From: an uncultured Gammaproteobacteria bacterium | GTDB taxonomy: Bacteria; Patescibacteriota; Microgenomatia; Levybacterales; UBA12049 | Reading direction: 5' to 3' | Assembly (NCBI GenBank): GCA_964610465.1 | Contig: CAZSWA010000007.1 | Location: 4,062 to 68,061 of the forward strand | Length of the DNA stretch: 64,000 nucleotides | Shown here: piece by piece, positions 27,483-36,308 of the stretch | How the letters are laid out: each line of letters starts with the position of its first letter | Position numbering within the stretch: position 1 is the stretch's first letter | Notes under the pieces: model-generated | The model's input: the letters and a program-made list of their open reading frames with translations, nothing else | Told to the model about the DNA's origin: nothing | The model's database searches: none | Program-made: the position numbers and the translations under genes

Positions 27483-29783
27483 TTATCTTCTTTCATATAT
27501 CACTATCTGTGAATTATCAAATATTTTTTGAAGATTATATTGTTTTGCCTCCCCTTCTCCAAATCCAGAACCTAAGTATCTTGGAATTACCAGTAACTTA
27601 TTTTGATAATTTGTAAGAGAAATAGTATTGTTTGCATTTCTCATAATCTTTTGCCAACGAGTAGCAGTTATCTCTCCAGCAAACTGGTAATTATCATAAA
27701 GAACAGGCCGAAAAGCTTTATAGACTGGTTTGTCTATTGGGAAAAGGTACAAAACATCTTTGTGTTGTTTATTTATTAATTCAAGAGCATTCATTTCAAA
27801 AGGAGTTAAGACAAGTTTTGATCGTGAGATAAACATTACTCCAATTATTATTGCAAGAACGACTGGAATAAAACCTAATGATACTAATATAAGTTTTTTT
27901 GATTTTGTTTTATAAAAAATGAGAAGTGAAATTGCCACTAATAAAACTCCTATAAATGCTAATCCTAAAAGGATATATTTATACGTTGATCTATCAATTG
28001 GGAAATAAGGTACATGGAGAAAAAACAAAACCAGAATAGTCCAAAATACAAAGTATATTGGTTGTAATCTTCTATTTTGCAAACGAACAATAAAAATATA
28101 ATGGAAACATACAAGAAGAAGAAAAGGAAGAATCTGAAAAATAAGAATAAGTCGCATAACTGGAGAAAAATATGGAAGAGAAAGAAGAAACGATAAAAAA
28201 AGTTCTTTTTTATCAAAAAGAAAAGATAGTGTATTAAATTGTCCATTACTCAAAAACGGATACGCAATAAAAAGCGGAAGTAAAAGAATAACTGCATGAA
28301 TCAGAAATATGTTTTTATTTTTTCGGATGAAATAGAAAAATACTAAATACAAAGAATAAAGAAGTAGTAAAATCCAGAATGTGTCAATGTAAAAGCTGTT
28401 GTTTGATGTCAAAGATAGTATGTTTTTGCTACTATCATATATCTTAAAATCAGAATCAGTAAAATCAGCAAGTTTTTGCGTACCACTAGAAAGAATTACT
28501 ACTCCATTATGTTCTTTGATATTCATACTATCAGTGCTTTTCCAAAGTAATTTTTTCTGTTGAGGAAGATATGCAGAATCAATAATTGCAGGTGTATCAA
28601 TATGAAGAAAGCCCTGGGAATTAGGAAGAAGTGAAAATTCTTCTGGAGTTTTTGTCTGATAGTTACGATAATCAACAAGCGATATCTTATCTCCTTTTTT
28701 TTGTATTCCTATTCTAAAATTTGGAGAATTGTACCAGAATGACTGGTCATTGGTTTTATAATCTTTTGTCAAAAAATAATGATTTGGAGCAAATACTTGA
28801 TGGTTTTGCAAAAACATATGAGCATAGTCCTGAGCTGTTGCAATAACTGCTTTATGTTCACTTTGTAACTTTGCTGCTTCATCCAGTACATGTTTGTAGT
28901 GAGTATTGTCTCCATAGGCTTTGGCTGACCCACCATTTTCAAGGCCAATTATTATTTGAGAGAGAGGTTTTTGCAAATATACATGAGACAAATAATCGAA
29001 ATAGTTGATATCATAGCCTTTGAGTTCAAAATCCTGAAGACTGTAGGTGCTATGTTGCCATATATTCCCATACCCTTCAGTTGGATCCCTGTCTGCCCAT
29101 TGCATCATGACAACTTTTGTACTGGAATCAAATGTACTTGCAGGAATCCCGCCATTCTCCTTCGATGCAAGATACGGGATGCTCCATGGTGTTCCCCAAA
29201 TTGTATATACGTCTAAATCAAACTGATCAGCAGCTCGCATCGCACCTGTAATACCATATTTTTTCTGCATATATACAAGTGAGTCAGCGCTTATCCACCA
29301 CGCTCCGACTGTTTTTGGATAGTAGCCAAACGTTTGTTTAAATTTAGCAAAAGCAGTATCAATAAGTTTCTTACGTTCCTGCAGGTCATAAGAAAAAAGG
29401 AATAATCCATCTGAAAAATACCAGGGGCCGCGTCCTCTATACTGTACATGAGACTTTTGAGTAAAATTTCTATCGATTTCCAAAAATAATCCAAATTCCT
29501 GGCCTTTCATTTGTGATTTGGCAAAATCTATCAAATTGCTGTTTTCTAGTGCGCTATATTGCCAAAGCCAAGTTGCAGGAATATGAAGAGAGTGAGTTGT
29601 CTCCCATTGAGCTTTCAGACCTGTTAATAAATTTTCATGTTCATGTCCTAATTCATTACCGCGTATGGGATTGATAAGCGTGATTACTGGAAGTGAAGTA
29701 TCATCATAAGCAAAGACATGGTTTGAAAAAAAGAAAAATAAGAAAAGAGGAAGAATAAAAAATAATTTCCTAGAATATCTCAT
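27483..29783 (-). CDS. large protein: signal peptide, about 450-aa extracytoplasmic domain and a C-terminal polytopic (about 10 TM) membrane domain; function unknown (carbohydrate-active-like)
   Basis: N-terminal signal (FFILPLFLFFFFSNHVFA) and a W/Y-rich soluble domain (NPIRGNELG...WADRDP), then 10 or more hydrophobic helices and a small C-terminal soluble tail. Confidence 0.55.
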   Translation of the reverse strand: MRYSRKLFFILPLFLFFFFSNHVFAYDDTSLPVITLINPIRGNELGHEHENLLTGLKAQWETTHSLHIPATWLWQYSALENSNLIDFAKSQMKGQEFGLFLEIDRNFTQKSHVQYRGRGPWYFSDGLFLFSYDLQERKKLIDTAFAKFKQTFGYYPKTVGAWWISADSLVYMQKKYGITGAMRAADQFDLDVYTIWGTPWSIPYLASKENGGIPASTFDSSTKVVMMQWADRDPTEGYGNIWQHSTYSLQDFELKGYDINYFDYLSHVYLQKPLSQIIIGLENGGSAKAYGDNTHYKHVLDEAAKLQSEHKAVIATAQDYAHMFLQNHQVFAPNHYFLTKDYKTNDQSFWYNSPNFRIGIQKKGDKISLVDYRNYQTKTPEEFSLLPNSQGFLHIDTPAIIDSAYLPQQKKLLWKSTDSMNIKEHNGVVILSSGTQKLADFTDSDFKIYDSSKNILSLTSNNSFYIDTFWILLLLYSLYLVFFYFIRKNKNIFLIHAVILLLPLFIAYPFLSNGQFNTLSFLFDKKELFLSFLLSLPYFSPVMRLILIFQILPFLLLVCFHYIFIVRLQNRRLQPIYFVFWTILVLFFLHVPYFPIDRSTYKYILLGLAFIGVLLVAISLLIFYKTKSKKLILVSLGFIPVVLAIIIGVMFISRSKLVLTPFEMNALELINKQHKDVLYLFPIDKPVYKAFRPVLYDNYQFAGEITATRWQKIMRNANNTISLTNYQNKLLVIPRYLGSGFGEGEAKQYNLQKIFDNSQIVIYERR

Positions 29784-29841
29784 CAGTAATTTGTGTATAG
29801 TATACTTGATTAAATGACAAAATAATAGAAGATAAGAAAAA

Positions 29842-30369
29842 TTATATATGAAAATGTTTTATAATTTCTTCTGCAGCTTCCTCAGGAGATATATTAGAGG
29901 TATCAACAGTTAATTGATTGTCATAAGAAATTTTATTCAAAGATTCTGGATATTTTTTAAACCATTCATCTAACTTTTCAGAAGAACTAATTTTATTCAT
30001 GGCTTTTCTTGAATCATTGTCTATACGAGCATGAAGCGTTTCTTGAGAAACAGTAAGATGTACAAGTAAACATTGTGAATTAGCTTTTTCAACAGTTGTA
30101 AGTATATTTTTATAAAAATCTTCATTATCACGCATAATTATTCCAGTTACTATCATATTGATATTAGCCTTTACAGCTTCCTCAATTATTCGCAAACGAA
30201 ATTCTTTCTCAAGTCTTCGACGTGTAGGATGTTCATACCCAAAAATCTCGCTAAGTAAATTGAGTATCATGTGATTATGGAAAAGCGTAAATCCAGTAAG
30301 ACTGGCTAATTCTTTTGCTATTGTATGTTTTCCTGTACCTGGAACTCCATAAATCAAAATCAGTTTCAT
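29842..30369 (-). CDS. P-loop NTPase / small-molecule kinase-like protein (AAA_33 / shikimate-kinase-like fold)
   Basis: Walker A LIYGVPGTGKHTIAKELA at the N-terminus; 175 aa. A 2-nt gap separates it from the GrpE-like gene. Confidence 0.6.
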   Translation of the reverse strand: MKLILIYGVPGTGKHTIAKELASLTGFTLFHNHMILNLLSEIFGYEHPTRRRLEKEFRLRIIEEAVKANINMIVTGIIMRDNEDFYKNILTTVEKANSQCLLVHLTVSQETLHARIDNDSRKAMNKISSSEKLDEWFKKYPESLNKISYDNQLTVDTSNISPEEAAEEIIKHFHI

Positions 30370-30371
30370 AT

Positions 30372-31304
30372 TTATTCTACTACGACTTGTGCGGCTTGAA
30401 GAATTTTTCCAGAAGTTTTTTCACCATAGTAACCTTTTAATACTTTTACTATTTTTTCACCTTTCCCATCAATTGCCATTTGCCATTTTGGATTGAATGT
30501 ATCTCCAATTTTTGGCATTTTTCTTTCTATCCCATGTTCGTCTAAATAACTTAGCGCTTCATTCTGTACTTTTTCTAATTTTGCTTTATTCTCCTTTTTA
30601 TCCATGGTAGGAAGAGCAAATTCCATATTATCTACAAACTCCATTATTAAATGAGTAGAGTAATTTATTCTATCTGCTTTATTCTCTTCTGTATTTGCGG
30701 CAGGAACTGACTGTGATTTTTTATCAAGATCAGTAATTCTGTTATGTAAATGAGCCTGTATACCCTTTAAGCCTATAAACCAAGGTGATGATATGGCTCC
30801 TAGTTCTTCAAAATCTTTGATATTTCTATCATAAGCGGTTATTATATGAAGAAAATTTGGATCTAATTCTGCTAGAGCTTTCCAGCGTTCATGAGACGGC
30901 GTTTCTGTAGTAGTAATACCACTATATTTTTGTTTTTCAAGATGGTCATAGAATTCAATAAGATTATGCATGATTCTTGAAGAAGATTCCTCCGTATATT
31001 CCTCAAAAGTTTTTTGAGGTTGTTCTCCTTGTCTTTGTTTTAACATTGTATAATCAATGTTTAGTGCTTCACCTAGCAAACTATCAAAATAGGTTCTTTT
31101 TCCCTGTTCATATAAGCCTTCCATAAAAGGATTTGCTAGTCTTCGCGTTTTATCATAAAGCAATTTACCAACCATTAAAATATTTTGTTCTTCTTCTGAA
31201 GCAGGTTGTGGAGGATGTTTAGTTTCCTTTAAACCCGCAAGCATCATAGATTTTTCATGCTGCCAGGTCGGCTTGAAAGATTCCTGGTGTGTCCGACTTT
31301 CCAT
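30372..31304 (-). CDS. GrpE-domain protein with a divergent 200-aa N-terminal extension
   Basis: The C-terminal 100 aa match the GrpE four-helix-bundle and beta-domain pattern: MEFVDNMEFAL (compare LLPVLDNLERAL), IGDTFNPKWQMAI (compare G..FDP..HeAv) and KVLKGYY...GKILQAAQVVV (compare v.QkGY.l.gR.lRpA.V.V). Confidence 0.55.
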   Translation of the reverse strand: MESRTHQESFKPTWQHEKSMMLAGLKETKHPPQPASEEEQNILMVGKLLYDKTRRLANPFMEGLYEQGKRTYFDSLLGEALNIDYTMLKQRQGEQPQKTFEEYTEESSSRIMHNLIEFYDHLEKQKYSGITTTETPSHERWKALAELDPNFLHIITAYDRNIKDFEELGAISSPWFIGLKGIQAHLHNRITDLDKKSQSVPAANTEENKADRINYSTHLIMEFVDNMEFALPTMDKKENKAKLEKVQNEALSYLDEHGIERKMPKIGDTFNPKWQMAIDGKGEKIVKVLKGYYGEKTSGKILQAAQVVVE

Positions 31305-31361
31305 ATTACATTACTAATATTTATTGATTAGGATTATAACAAATTTTTAAAGCTAAATCAG

Positions 31362-31811
31362 TTATTTCCTTTTTTTTGCAAGTTGGATTACTACTTTTAC
31401 TCCACAGGAAAGAAGATATCCCCAGGCAACAAGAGGAGTAAAGGCTACTAGTAGATTGAAAATTATCCAGAAAAAATTAACTGGTGAATATATAAAGGTT
31501 TGTGAGCAACAGAACAGAGAATATATAAATTGTGTAAGCGCATAAAGAATAATAAGTCCTGGAAATATCAGTTTGTATTTTGAAATAATAAGAAAATTTT
31601 TATCATACGCATTGATATAGGAAATGAGAGTATTACTTACAATATAAGAAAGTATAAGTATTACAAGAAGAAAAAATAGTGCAGAGTATCCAGCACTATA
31701 CCAGAAATCTACTCCCATGATTGAGGCGATAATATAAAACATTGGAAATACTGCTAGAGTTATCAGTAGGTTTTTCCATGTAACAGGAAAAAGTTTTTTA
31801 ATGCGTTCCAT
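31362..31811 (-). CDS. 4-TM membrane protein, unknown function
   Basis: Hydrophobic profile only. Confidence 0.5.
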   Translation of the reverse strand: MERIKKLFPVTWKNLLITLAVFPMFYIIASIMGVDFWYSAGYSALFFLLVILILSYIVSNTLISYINAYDKNFLIISKYKLIFPGLIILYALTQFIYSLFCCSQTFIYSPVNFFWIIFNLLVAFTPLVAWGYLLSCGVKVVIQLAKKRK

Positions 31812-31857
31812 TCTGTACTAAGCATCTCAAAGAGCAAACCTTTTTGTCAACACACGT

Positions 31858-32145
31858 TTATCGGTCTTTTACTATAATTGCATTTTTAGTTATTTTTATC
31901 ACATCTTCCCAGGATATATCCTTTCGACTTATTTTTTTAAATCCAAATCGTTCTAAAAATCCTTTCCTTCCATAAAGAATATAAGAAATCCTAAATACTC
32001 CTACAGAATTTTTTTTTATTTCTCCATTCAATTTTATATTTTGGACATGATCAATAGTTTTGCCAGACTTTGTGACTATTTTTTTATAAAGTAATTGTGA
32101 GAGAGTTATCATGCGCCGTCTCCTCCTGGAATTTTGCGTAACCAT
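31858..32145 (-). CDS. PRC-barrel-like small protein
   Basis: 95 aa; weak resemblance to its upstream PRC-barrel neighbour (G..I..V.........V); the two genes overlap. Confidence 0.35.
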   Translation of the reverse strand: MVTQNSRRRRRMITLSQLLYKKIVTKSGKTIDHVQNIKLNGEIKKNSVGVFRISYILYGRKGFLERFGFKKISRKDISWEDVIKITKNAIIVKDR

Positions 32146-32468
32146 TTTCCAAGTATATTATCTATTGTATTAAGTCCTGCTTCTTCTGCTGTGATATCAA
32201 GTTGTATAAGTGGGAAAATATCCTTGACGTTTTTCCAGGGAATTTTGGCTACTTTTGTGCCGGGTGAAATTTTGTCAAGAAACCATCTCAAAAGACTCTT
32301 TTTCTCGCCAAACCATGCATCTGGACCAACAAGCAGTGCTTTTATTTCAAGTCTGTTGTGAGATTTTTGAATAAATTCTATATCATCAACTTTTCCACAA
32401 TGTACACCATTTTTATCGATAATTTGGCAATTTAAAAGTTCTGGTATCACATTTATTGTCTTTTTCAT
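32109..32468 (-). CDS. PRC-barrel domain protein
   Basis: LLNCQIIDKNGVHCGKVDDIEF pattern typical of PRC-barrel (YlmC/YmxH-like) proteins. Confidence 0.5.
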   Translation of the reverse strand: MKKTINVIPELLNCQIIDKNGVHCGKVDDIEFIQKSHNRLEIKALLVGPDAWFGEKKSLLRWFLDKISPGTKVAKIPWKNVKDIFPLIQLDITAEEAGLNTIDNILGKWLRKIPGGDGA

Positions 32469-33700
32469 CCGTTACCTCCATTAGTGATAATAAGAAGCGG
32501 TACGGCGACAATAGCTACAACAATAATTACTCCATATAAAACCCATCCAAGAATCTTCATAATTTTCCCATTGGCATACTTTCCCATATAATCTTTGTCA
32601 TTGGCAACTAGAAAAATCGGGAGATATGAGAAAGGTAGCGCAATTACTGATGCGATAACTGCAACTTGAGTCAGTTGAAATGGATTTATCCCCATTGCGA
32701 AAATAGCAAACGCAAGAATAAAAATGAGTATCCAGGAGAAAGTAAAGCGCGGGGTCCTGGCTGGTTTTTGGTATTTTCCCCATGGCCAGCCGAAATATTG
32801 CGCGAGTGTATATGCAGAGGATAATGCTGTTTCAACGGATGTTCCGGCAATTGCAGCCAATAATCCAAGAAGCGCAAGTATCATACCGATTTTACCAAAG
32901 GAATAGATAGGACCTAAAATTGCAGTTGCCACTGTTTGAGGATTGAATCCTGCAGGGAAAAACAATATTGCACTTACGATTGTTATTGCAGTTGCATAGA
33001 TAGCACCTATTCCATATCCGACATAGGAAGTAACATAATTTGTGAGTAAATCTTTTTTTTCCCAATGTTCTTCTATCCCGCCTGATGAATAAAAATATAT
33101 TTCATACGGCATGATAGCTGCAGCTATAAGTCCGACTGCATAATACCAATAGATAATATAATCATTGAGTTTTGGAAAATGAGGAGGAATTGGTAAAAAT
33201 CCCTTTGCGACCAAAGCCCAATTGGGATGTAAAACAAGTGCATTGAGTACATAAATTCCGATAATAAGCCCTATGAATCCATATGTCCATTCAATTAATT
33301 TAAACGACATGAACCAGGTTGCAACTAGTAATACAATAAATGAGACTAGAAGCATCAAAGGATATGTTAAACCGGAAAATAGTTGTAATATTATTGCAAC
33401 ACCTCCTGCTTCTGCAGCGCATGTCAAGATATTTAAGATAAGAGATGCTAGTACAGTTAAAAATCCGATATTGGATCCAAGTCTTTCCCGTATGAGATCA
33501 AACGCTGATTTATGAGCGATTGCTGCTACACGTCCTGACATCTCACAATAAACTGCAGCACATAGTACTCCAACCACTGTTGGCCAAAGCAAGGCATACC
33601 CAAATCGTGCTCCAGCCTGTGGATTGAATACAATGTTACTGATATCAACCACTCCGCCAGCAGCAGTTAGAAATCCTAGCAATAAATCTAATATCATCAT
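32465..33700 (-). CDS. mntH: NRAMP-family divalent metal (Mn2+/Fe2+) transporter
   Basis: N-terminal QAGARFGYALLWPTVVGVL (compare DLQAGAQFGY.LLW of NRAMP), 11 TM helices, 411 aa. Confidence 0.8.
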   Translation of the reverse strand: MMILDLLLGFLTAAGGVVDISNIVFNPQAGARFGYALLWPTVVGVLCAAVYCEMSGRVAAIAHKSAFDLIRERLGSNIGFLTVLASLILNILTCAAEAGGVAIILQLFSGLTYPLMLLVSFIVLLVATWFMSFKLIEWTYGFIGLIIGIYVLNALVLHPNWALVAKGFLPIPPHFPKLNDYIIYWYYAVGLIAAAIMPYEIYFYSSGGIEEHWEKKDLLTNYVTSYVGYGIGAIYATAITIVSAILFFPAGFNPQTVATAILGPIYSFGKIGMILALLGLLAAIAGTSVETALSSAYTLAQYFGWPWGKYQKPARTPRFTFSWILIFILAFAIFAMGINPFQLTQVAVIASVIALPFSYLPIFLVANDKDYMGKYANGKIMKILGWVLYGVIIVVAIVAVPLLIITNGGNG

Positions 33701-34155
33701 AACATTTTTTCTAATTTTGTTTCCTGTTCAAATAATCTTTGTAAATGTGTATGGATATCCGCAGTTCCTTTTGTATTTGCTGTATCAGTATCAAGTATAA
33801 GAAGCGTAATAATCGCAGTATCAATAAGAGATAATTGTTTTTGAGTAGCATTTTGGAGATTAGGTGGTACGCCATTTGAAGTAAGTGATTGATGTGCTTG
33901 TACAAGTTGATCTTTTAATTCCTCGGCATGTACTTTTGTAAATTGCTTAGTGGTTTTGTTCTGCGCTGCTTCATTGGTCATAAATGTAGTTTCAGTTAGT
34001 GTTGCTTTAACAGATGCTATTTGTTTTTTGAGATCATCAATTGTCAGTTGTTGCCCGTTTTGTAAAACCAACAAAACTCCTGCTCCAATAAGAAGTATAA
34101 TAGCTACGGTAACTGCAACTCGTTTTATCATCCAGAATGCAGCCAGTGTAGACAT
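33697..34155 (-). CDS. membrane-anchored hypothetical protein
   Basis: N-terminal TM followed by a helical domain; overlaps mntH by 4 nt. Confidence 0.5.
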   Translation of the reverse strand: MSTLAAFWMIKRVAVTVAIILLIGAGVLLVLQNGQQLTIDDLKKQIASVKATLTETTFMTNEAAQNKTTKQFTKVHAEELKDQLVQAHQSLTSNGVPPNLQNATQKQLSLIDTAIITLLILDTDTANTKGTADIHTHLQRLFEQETKLEKML

Positions 34156-34200
34156 AATTGTTCAAAATACTACATTAAATCTGTAAGCTAATTGCAAGAA

Positions 34201-34962
34201 TTAAAGTGTGTAAGGAGTTTTGTGTTTGAATGAATTTTTTCTTGCGAATTGAAGTATTTCTTTTGCGTGCGAGAAGCCCTTCTTTTTAATTTCTTGTATA
34301 GTCACATGCTTATCAAAATATAAATGCAACACTTTATCTGCTTCTTTATAACTAAAACCGAATTCTTTTTCATCCGTTTGCCCTTCCCAAAGTCCTGCAG
34401 TTGGATTTTTCTTATGTATTTTTTCAGGCACTTTAAGATATTGTGCCAGTTCATACACTTGCGTTTTGTATAAGTGCTCTATTGGTTCAAAATCAGATGC
34501 CTGATCACCAAAGCGGGTAAAATATCCAAGTAAATGTTCTGATTTATTTTCTGTCCCGCATACAAGCGCCTGGTGCTTTTTTGCAAGATCATAAAGAATA
34601 ATCATCCGAAGTCGTGCTGCAATATTGCCTATTCTAAATTTATTTTCAATTTTTTTATCAATCTTAAGTAATTCTGCTAAAAACTCCACCTGTTCTTTTA
34701 TAGAAATAAGATAAAAATTTTCCTTAGGAATTTTTATTTTTTCACAAAGTAACTTGGCATCCGCAATTGTGTCTTCTGTAACATACAAGTGAGCTGCAAA
34801 GATATATTTTACAGGAATAGCTCTTGCAAGCAAGTGGAGAGAAGTTGCAGAATCAATTCCTCCTGATATTCCTATGATGGTATTTTGAAACATTTGTTTT
34901 TTCAAAATACTTTGAATAAAGCGGATTATTTTTTTTGTTTCTTTTTTTGTATTAATCTCCAT
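34201..34962 (-). CDS. nadE: NH3-dependent NAD+ synthetase
   Basis: PP-loop GISGGIDSA and overall NadE length (253 aa). Confidence 0.85.
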   Translation of the reverse strand: MEINTKKETKKIIRFIQSILKKQMFQNTIIGISGGIDSATSLHLLARAIPVKYIFAAHLYVTEDTIADAKLLCEKIKIPKENFYLISIKEQVEFLAELLKIDKKIENKFRIGNIAARLRMIILYDLAKKHQALVCGTENKSEHLLGYFTRFGDQASDFEPIEHLYKTQVYELAQYLKVPEKIHKKNPTAGLWEGQTDEKEFGFSYKEADKVLHLYFDKHVTIQEIKKKGFSHAKEILQFARKNSFKHKTPYTL

Positions 34963-35575
34963 ACAATGAATGTGTATATATATACCTTTCTACTTTTTTT
35001 GGAACAAGATAGCTGATTGATTTATTATAACGTATTTTTTGTCGTATCAAAGTAGATGAAATATTGGTTAAAGCAATATCTTCTGAGTCTATTATGGTAA
35101 TTGATAAAGGAATTCTTTTTAATTGTAAATATTTTTTTACTTTATTTTTCAATGTTGGTAAAGCTGTTTCTCTTGGGAAAATGATAAGTCTATGGTTTTC
35201 TATTATTTCTTTCCAGTTTTTATAACGTTTAAAATTTTCCAATTGATCACTTCCTGTAATCCAATAAAACGTATCTTGGGGATATTTGTTTGCAAGAGAA
35301 TTTAGTGTATCAATCGTGTAGCTTACCTTTTTTTGTTTTATTTCAAAATCAGAAACTCTTATATACTCGTTTTCCAGAAATCTGGTCATTGCAAGACGGT
35401 GTTTTGCAGAAATTAATTTTTTATGAAATGCATGTAAATATGATGGCATAAGCCAAATCTGGTCCATTTGTAGATGTTCTTTTACTTGTGATGCAATGAG
35501 AAGATGACCAAGGTGAGGAGGATTAAAGCTTCCACCAAGAATTGCAATTTTCATTTCTGCTATAAATACTTGCAA
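34952..35575 (-). CDS. nadD: nicotinate-nucleotide adenylyltransferase
   Basis: IAILGGSFNPPHLGHL (H/T-x-G-H motif) and a C-terminal ISST.IR motif; overlaps nadE by 11 nt. Confidence 0.85.
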   Translation of the reverse strand: MQVFIAEMKIAILGGSFNPPHLGHLLIASQVKEHLQMDQIWLMPSYLHAFHKKLISAKHRLAMTRFLENEYIRVSDFEIKQKKVSYTIDTLNSLANKYPQDTFYWITGSDQLENFKRYKNWKEIIENHRLIIFPRETALPTLKNKVKKYLQLKRIPLSITIIDSEDIALTNISSTLIRQKIRYNKSISYLVPKKVERYIYTHSLYGD

Positions 35576-35617
35576 TTATTGTACTAAATTTAATTAGAAG
35601 GACAAGAGGAAAAATTA

Positions 35618-36235
35618 CTATGCGGCAATATGTTCTTCATCTTTTCTTTTTGAAATTGAGAAAATAAGCCACTCATTCTTTACATTTAGTTTTCCGTTTT
35701 CCCCTTTTGCATTTTTAATTATACGTATTTCTCCTTCTGAATTTCTTATAAATATATCGACTTTTGTAACATCTTGTTTTTTTCTTGCTTGTGATATTTC
35801 TTTAGTAACTTCATGATGATCTAAAGTTTTTTTCTCTTCAAGAGCTACGGCTACTGCATGTATTTCTTCAGAATTATTTACAGTAATACTTCTTGCAGCA
35901 GATGAAACTGATTCTACATCATGTCCAGAGGCGCGTATTGTAAAGAGGTCATATCCTGTTCCATCAAATCCATTTGCATGAGGCGCAGCAGCTGCTATTG
36001 GATCTGCTTTATCAAGTTCTGTAAGTCCGAGATATCCTTCTCCAGGTATAATAGTTACTTTTTTAACAGTTCTTCCATTTATTGCTGCGGTAACTGCATG
36101 AGTAGCTTCGTGCTTTGCAGTGATTCCTGCTTTTTTTCTTTGTTTTTCAGGAGGCTGGACAACTGTTGTTACTTTTGTTCCATCTTCTAAGTATTTTGTT
36201 TTGTTTATAGAAACTGGTATTCTTTCTGGACTCAT
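35618..36235 (-). CDS. stand-alone FtsH-type (M41) zinc-peptidase-domain protein without AAA+ module
   Basis: AKHEATHAVTAAINGRTVKKVTIIPGEGYLG aligns with the FtsH HEAGHA....V.KVTIIPRG.ALG zinc-binding and following motif. The protein is 205 aa with no Walker motifs. Confidence 0.5.
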   Translation of the reverse strand: MSPERIPVSINKTKYLEDGTKVTTVVQPPEKQRKKAGITAKHEATHAVTAAINGRTVKKVTIIPGEGYLGLTELDKADPIAAAAPHANGFDGTGYDLFTIRASGHDVESVSSAARSITVNNSEEIHAVAVALEEKKTLDHHEVTKEISQARKKQDVTKVDIFIRNSEGEIRIIKNAKGENGKLNVKNEWLIFSISKRKDEEHIAA

Positions 36236-36308
36236 ATTAGGCGCATACTACTACTGTTTTTCAGTATCTGCAAACAGAACAAAACACTTTTACTTATGTA
36301 AGTTAATC

